In this document: positions 62,112 through 64,000 of the stretch, in pieces
Layout: each line of letters begins with the position of its first letter
How positions within the stretch are numbered: the first letter of the stretch is position 1
Origin: Candidatus Omnitrophota bacterium
GTDB lineage: Bacteria > Omnitrophota > Gorgyraeia > Zapsychrales > Fredricksoniimonadaceae
DNA: 64,000 nt
Assembly (NCBI GenBank): GCA_037131245.1
Contig: JBAXRK010000005.1
Coordinates: 5,475 to 69,474 of the forward strand
Reading direction: 5' to 3'
The notes under the pieces: generated by a model
What the model was told of the DNA's origin: nothing
The model's input: the letters and a program-made list of their open reading frames with translations, nothing else
The model's database searches: none
Program-made: the position numbers and the translations under genes

Positions 62112-64000
62112 GCAAAGATATTCTTTTTACCGGGCATTTTTGCCTTTATGGGGGGTCCTCGGGGTGGCCGGCGAAAGTCAATCGCCTGGCTCTGGCGGGG
62201 CTGGCCGCTTTGCTCAAGAATTCATCGCTTGGCCAGGTTGACGCGCTGTGCAGTTGGGACGATTTTTTGCAGCAGAAGGACGTTGCCGGCCCGCGTCAGT
62301 ATAGTTATGACCGGGAGAGTATTTACCAATTTAATCATGTCGATTTTGCAGCGATGCACTCTTTCCTTGATGAGCTTTATGCCATCTCGAAGGAGCTAGG
62401 GCCTGAGTTCGGCCTTGTCCATGCCGGGATCCCATTGCTGAGCCCTATCGAGATCCGCTGGGTCGACCCGTTCTTGCGTCAGCGCCTGGCGCCGATCAAT
62501 GTCGTCCAGAAGATCCTTCGCTCCGAACAGCCCGCGCGGGTTTTGGGCCTGGGGCGCGGATCGATGATGGATATTGTCAGAGAAGCGTCCGCGCAGGCGG
62601 GCGTTGATTTTGAACGTCAGCAGGGGCCGGCTGCCTGGCCATTCGACCTGGCATCCCGAACAAGGGTGCGGATCCCGTTTCGTTCGATGGACGACACCTT
62701 ACTTAAATGGCTGCCGCCTGAAGCAGATACCCGGGCTTTTGCGCAGCCGAAAGGCCGGCCGCGCGTTCTTTTTATTGGTTGGCTCGACCGGACGGTCGAG
62801 CGGTTGGTGGCTGCGCTGCCGCAGTTGCGTGAAAATCTGGATGCGGATCTTTTTTGTCTGGCTCCCCGTAGGGTGTCATTGATCGGGGAATTACAGAGTC
62901 AGGGGGTTCATTACAGCGATATGCACCACTGGATATCCCAACAAGAAGGCCGCCGGCTTATCGGTGATGCCCGGAAAGCGGCCGCCCGTGGTTGGCAAGA
63001 GATACAGAGCCTTTCCGTAAAACGGATGGGTCAGCGCTGGTATGGCTTGCCTATTTTTCCGTACGCCGAGCCTTTTCTTAAACAGGCGTGCCTGGAGGGA
63101 GTTCCTTTTTCTTTCCATTTTGTTGAGTCCGCCCGCCGGGCGATCGACCGTTGCCGGCCCGACCTGGTCGTTTGTTTTGAGGAATGGGAATTGCCGCGGG
63201 CCGTTTCGCTGCTTTGCCGTGAGCGGCAGATCCCTACGGTCGCTTATTACGCGATTTCCAATAGTAATTATCCCGGGCTTATCCGTCGCTCACAGGATTG
63301 GCTGGCGGCGTCAGGCGAAGTCCTGGCGACGGCCTTCAAGCAGCAATTTCCTGAGGGGCAGCACAGGATCGTTGGCGATACGCTGGTTGACAAGGCGCTT
63401 GAAAGTTCCGTGCCGGATGTCAGGAGCAAGGTGTGTGCCGAGCTGGGGTTAGCGCCAGACAAGCCGGTGGTCTTGTTACTGTCTACTTATGTGGTGGGGG
63501 TGGTGACTTTCAAAGATCTGGAGGAAATGTTCAAGCGAACGTTCCAGGGCGTGGCGGGGGTCAAGGACGCGCAGCTTATTATCAAAGCACATCCCCTGCA
63601 GCCGATCGAGGACATTAAGAAGTGGCTGAAGATGTGGGGTTGCCGAGGCGTGGTGGTGCGCGACTACAATCTTCTGTCGTTATGCCTTGCGGCCGATCTT
63701 GTTTCTGTCCCGGTCACGACCGCGGCCTGGCAGCCGATGCTGGCCCGGGTCCCGGTCGTGTGCTTGCTGCGTCGGGAAGTGGTGGAGCAGTTTCAGGACA
63801 TGAGGTATGATTTCCTGGAAAATAAGGGGGTTGTTCATATTGCGTTGGAGGCCGATCCGGCCGTGGTGTTTAACCGGCTGATCACGGATCCCGTTGCCCG
63901 CCAGGAACAGATCGAGCGCGGGGTGCGCCATGCCGAGGAGCATGTGGGCCCGGCAGACGGGAAAGCGGGCGCGCGGCTCACCGGGCTTTTGCGGGAGATC
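62108..64000 (+). CDS. large uncharacterised protein, GT-B-like glycosyltransferase candidate; 3' end beyond window
   Basis: Not in supplied track (no stop in window). My manual translation from ATG 62108 (ATGA overlap with the formyltransferase stop) gives 631 sense codons to base 64000: MSKDILFTGHFCLYGG...KPVVLLLSTYVVG...LIIKAHPLQP... Confidence 0.6.
   Translation, partial: MSKDILFTGHFCLYGGSSGWPAKVNRLALAGLAALLKNSSLGQVDALCSWDDFLQQKDVAGPRQYSYDRESIYQFNHVDFAAMHSFLDELYAISKELGPEFGLVHAGIPLLSPIEIRWVDPFLRQRLAPINVVQKILRSEQPARVLGLGRGSMMDIVREASAQAGVDFERQQGPAAWPFDLASRTRVRIPFRSMDDTLLKWLPPEADTRAFAQPKGRPRVLFIGWLDRTVERLVAALPQLRENLDADLFCLAPRRVSLIGELQSQGVHYSDMHHWISQQEGRRLIGDARKAAARGWQEIQSLSVKRMGQRWYGLPIFPYAEPFLKQACLEGVPFSFHFVESARRAIDRCRPDLVVCFEEWELPRAVSLLCRERQIPTVAYYAISNSNYPGLIRRSQDWLAASGEVLATAFKQQFPEGQHRIVGDTLVDKALESSVPDVRSKVCAELGLAPDKPVVLLLSTYVVGVVTFKDLEEMFKRTFQGVAGVKDAQLIIKAHPLQPIEDIKKWLKMWGCRGVVVRDYNLLSLCLAADLVSVPVTTAAWQPMLARVPVVCLLRREVVEQFQDMRYDFLENKGVVHIALEADPAVVFNRLITDPVARQEQIERGVRHAEEHVGPADGKAGARLTGLLREI

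Overview
GC-rich bacterial chromosomal window with diderm-type envelope genes. The phylum cannot be fixed from sequence alone. It is almost fully coding, about 62 genes, many with 1-20 nt start/stop overlaps. There are three parts. (i) 2..34881 holds 33 co-directional plus-strand genes forming a very large envelope-glycan supercluster. It contains GDP-heptose genes hddA/hddC/gmhB, a DegT-fold enzyme with the ColD-type Lys-to-His change, two GT9 heptosyltransferases, an O-antigen-ligase-family protein and an MsbA/PglK-like ABC exporter. It also has a NodU/CmcH carbamoyltransferase with SxtJ and DUF5989 partners, GT2/GT4/GT28 transferases, two radical-SAM enzymes, and GT-C/YfhO-like polytopic membrane proteins with TPR partners. 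A motif-degenerate priA and fmt are embedded in this block. (ii) 34882..38655 is a short minus-strand block: a GtrB/ArnC-like GT2, a Zn-ribbon methyltransferase, and a 5'-truncated ORF6N remnant lying in frame directly behind comM. Housekeeping genes follow: divergent PAP2, a LysM L,D-transpeptidase lipoprotein, accA, rlmN, an STI1-like secreted protein, gap and metF. (iii) 44751..64000 is a second glycan supercluster. It starts with an Arn-like module (polyprenyl-P GT2, hexapeptide acyltransferase, wecE-like transaminase, GT-C membrane protein). Next come a MarR-like regulator behind a near-consensus promoter plus palindrome, a C1 peptidase, galE, a second ABC exporter and a tandem-GT4 protein. 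It ends with a non-canonical pseudaminic-acid cluster (pseB, pseC, methylase, pseF, TIM-barrel protein, pseI, formyltransferase) and an ORF of at least 631 codons that runs off the 3' edge and is absent from the supplied ORF track. No rRNA, tRNA, CRISPR array, transposase or integrase was recognised. All family calls rest on my reading of motifs in the translations, not on database searches.
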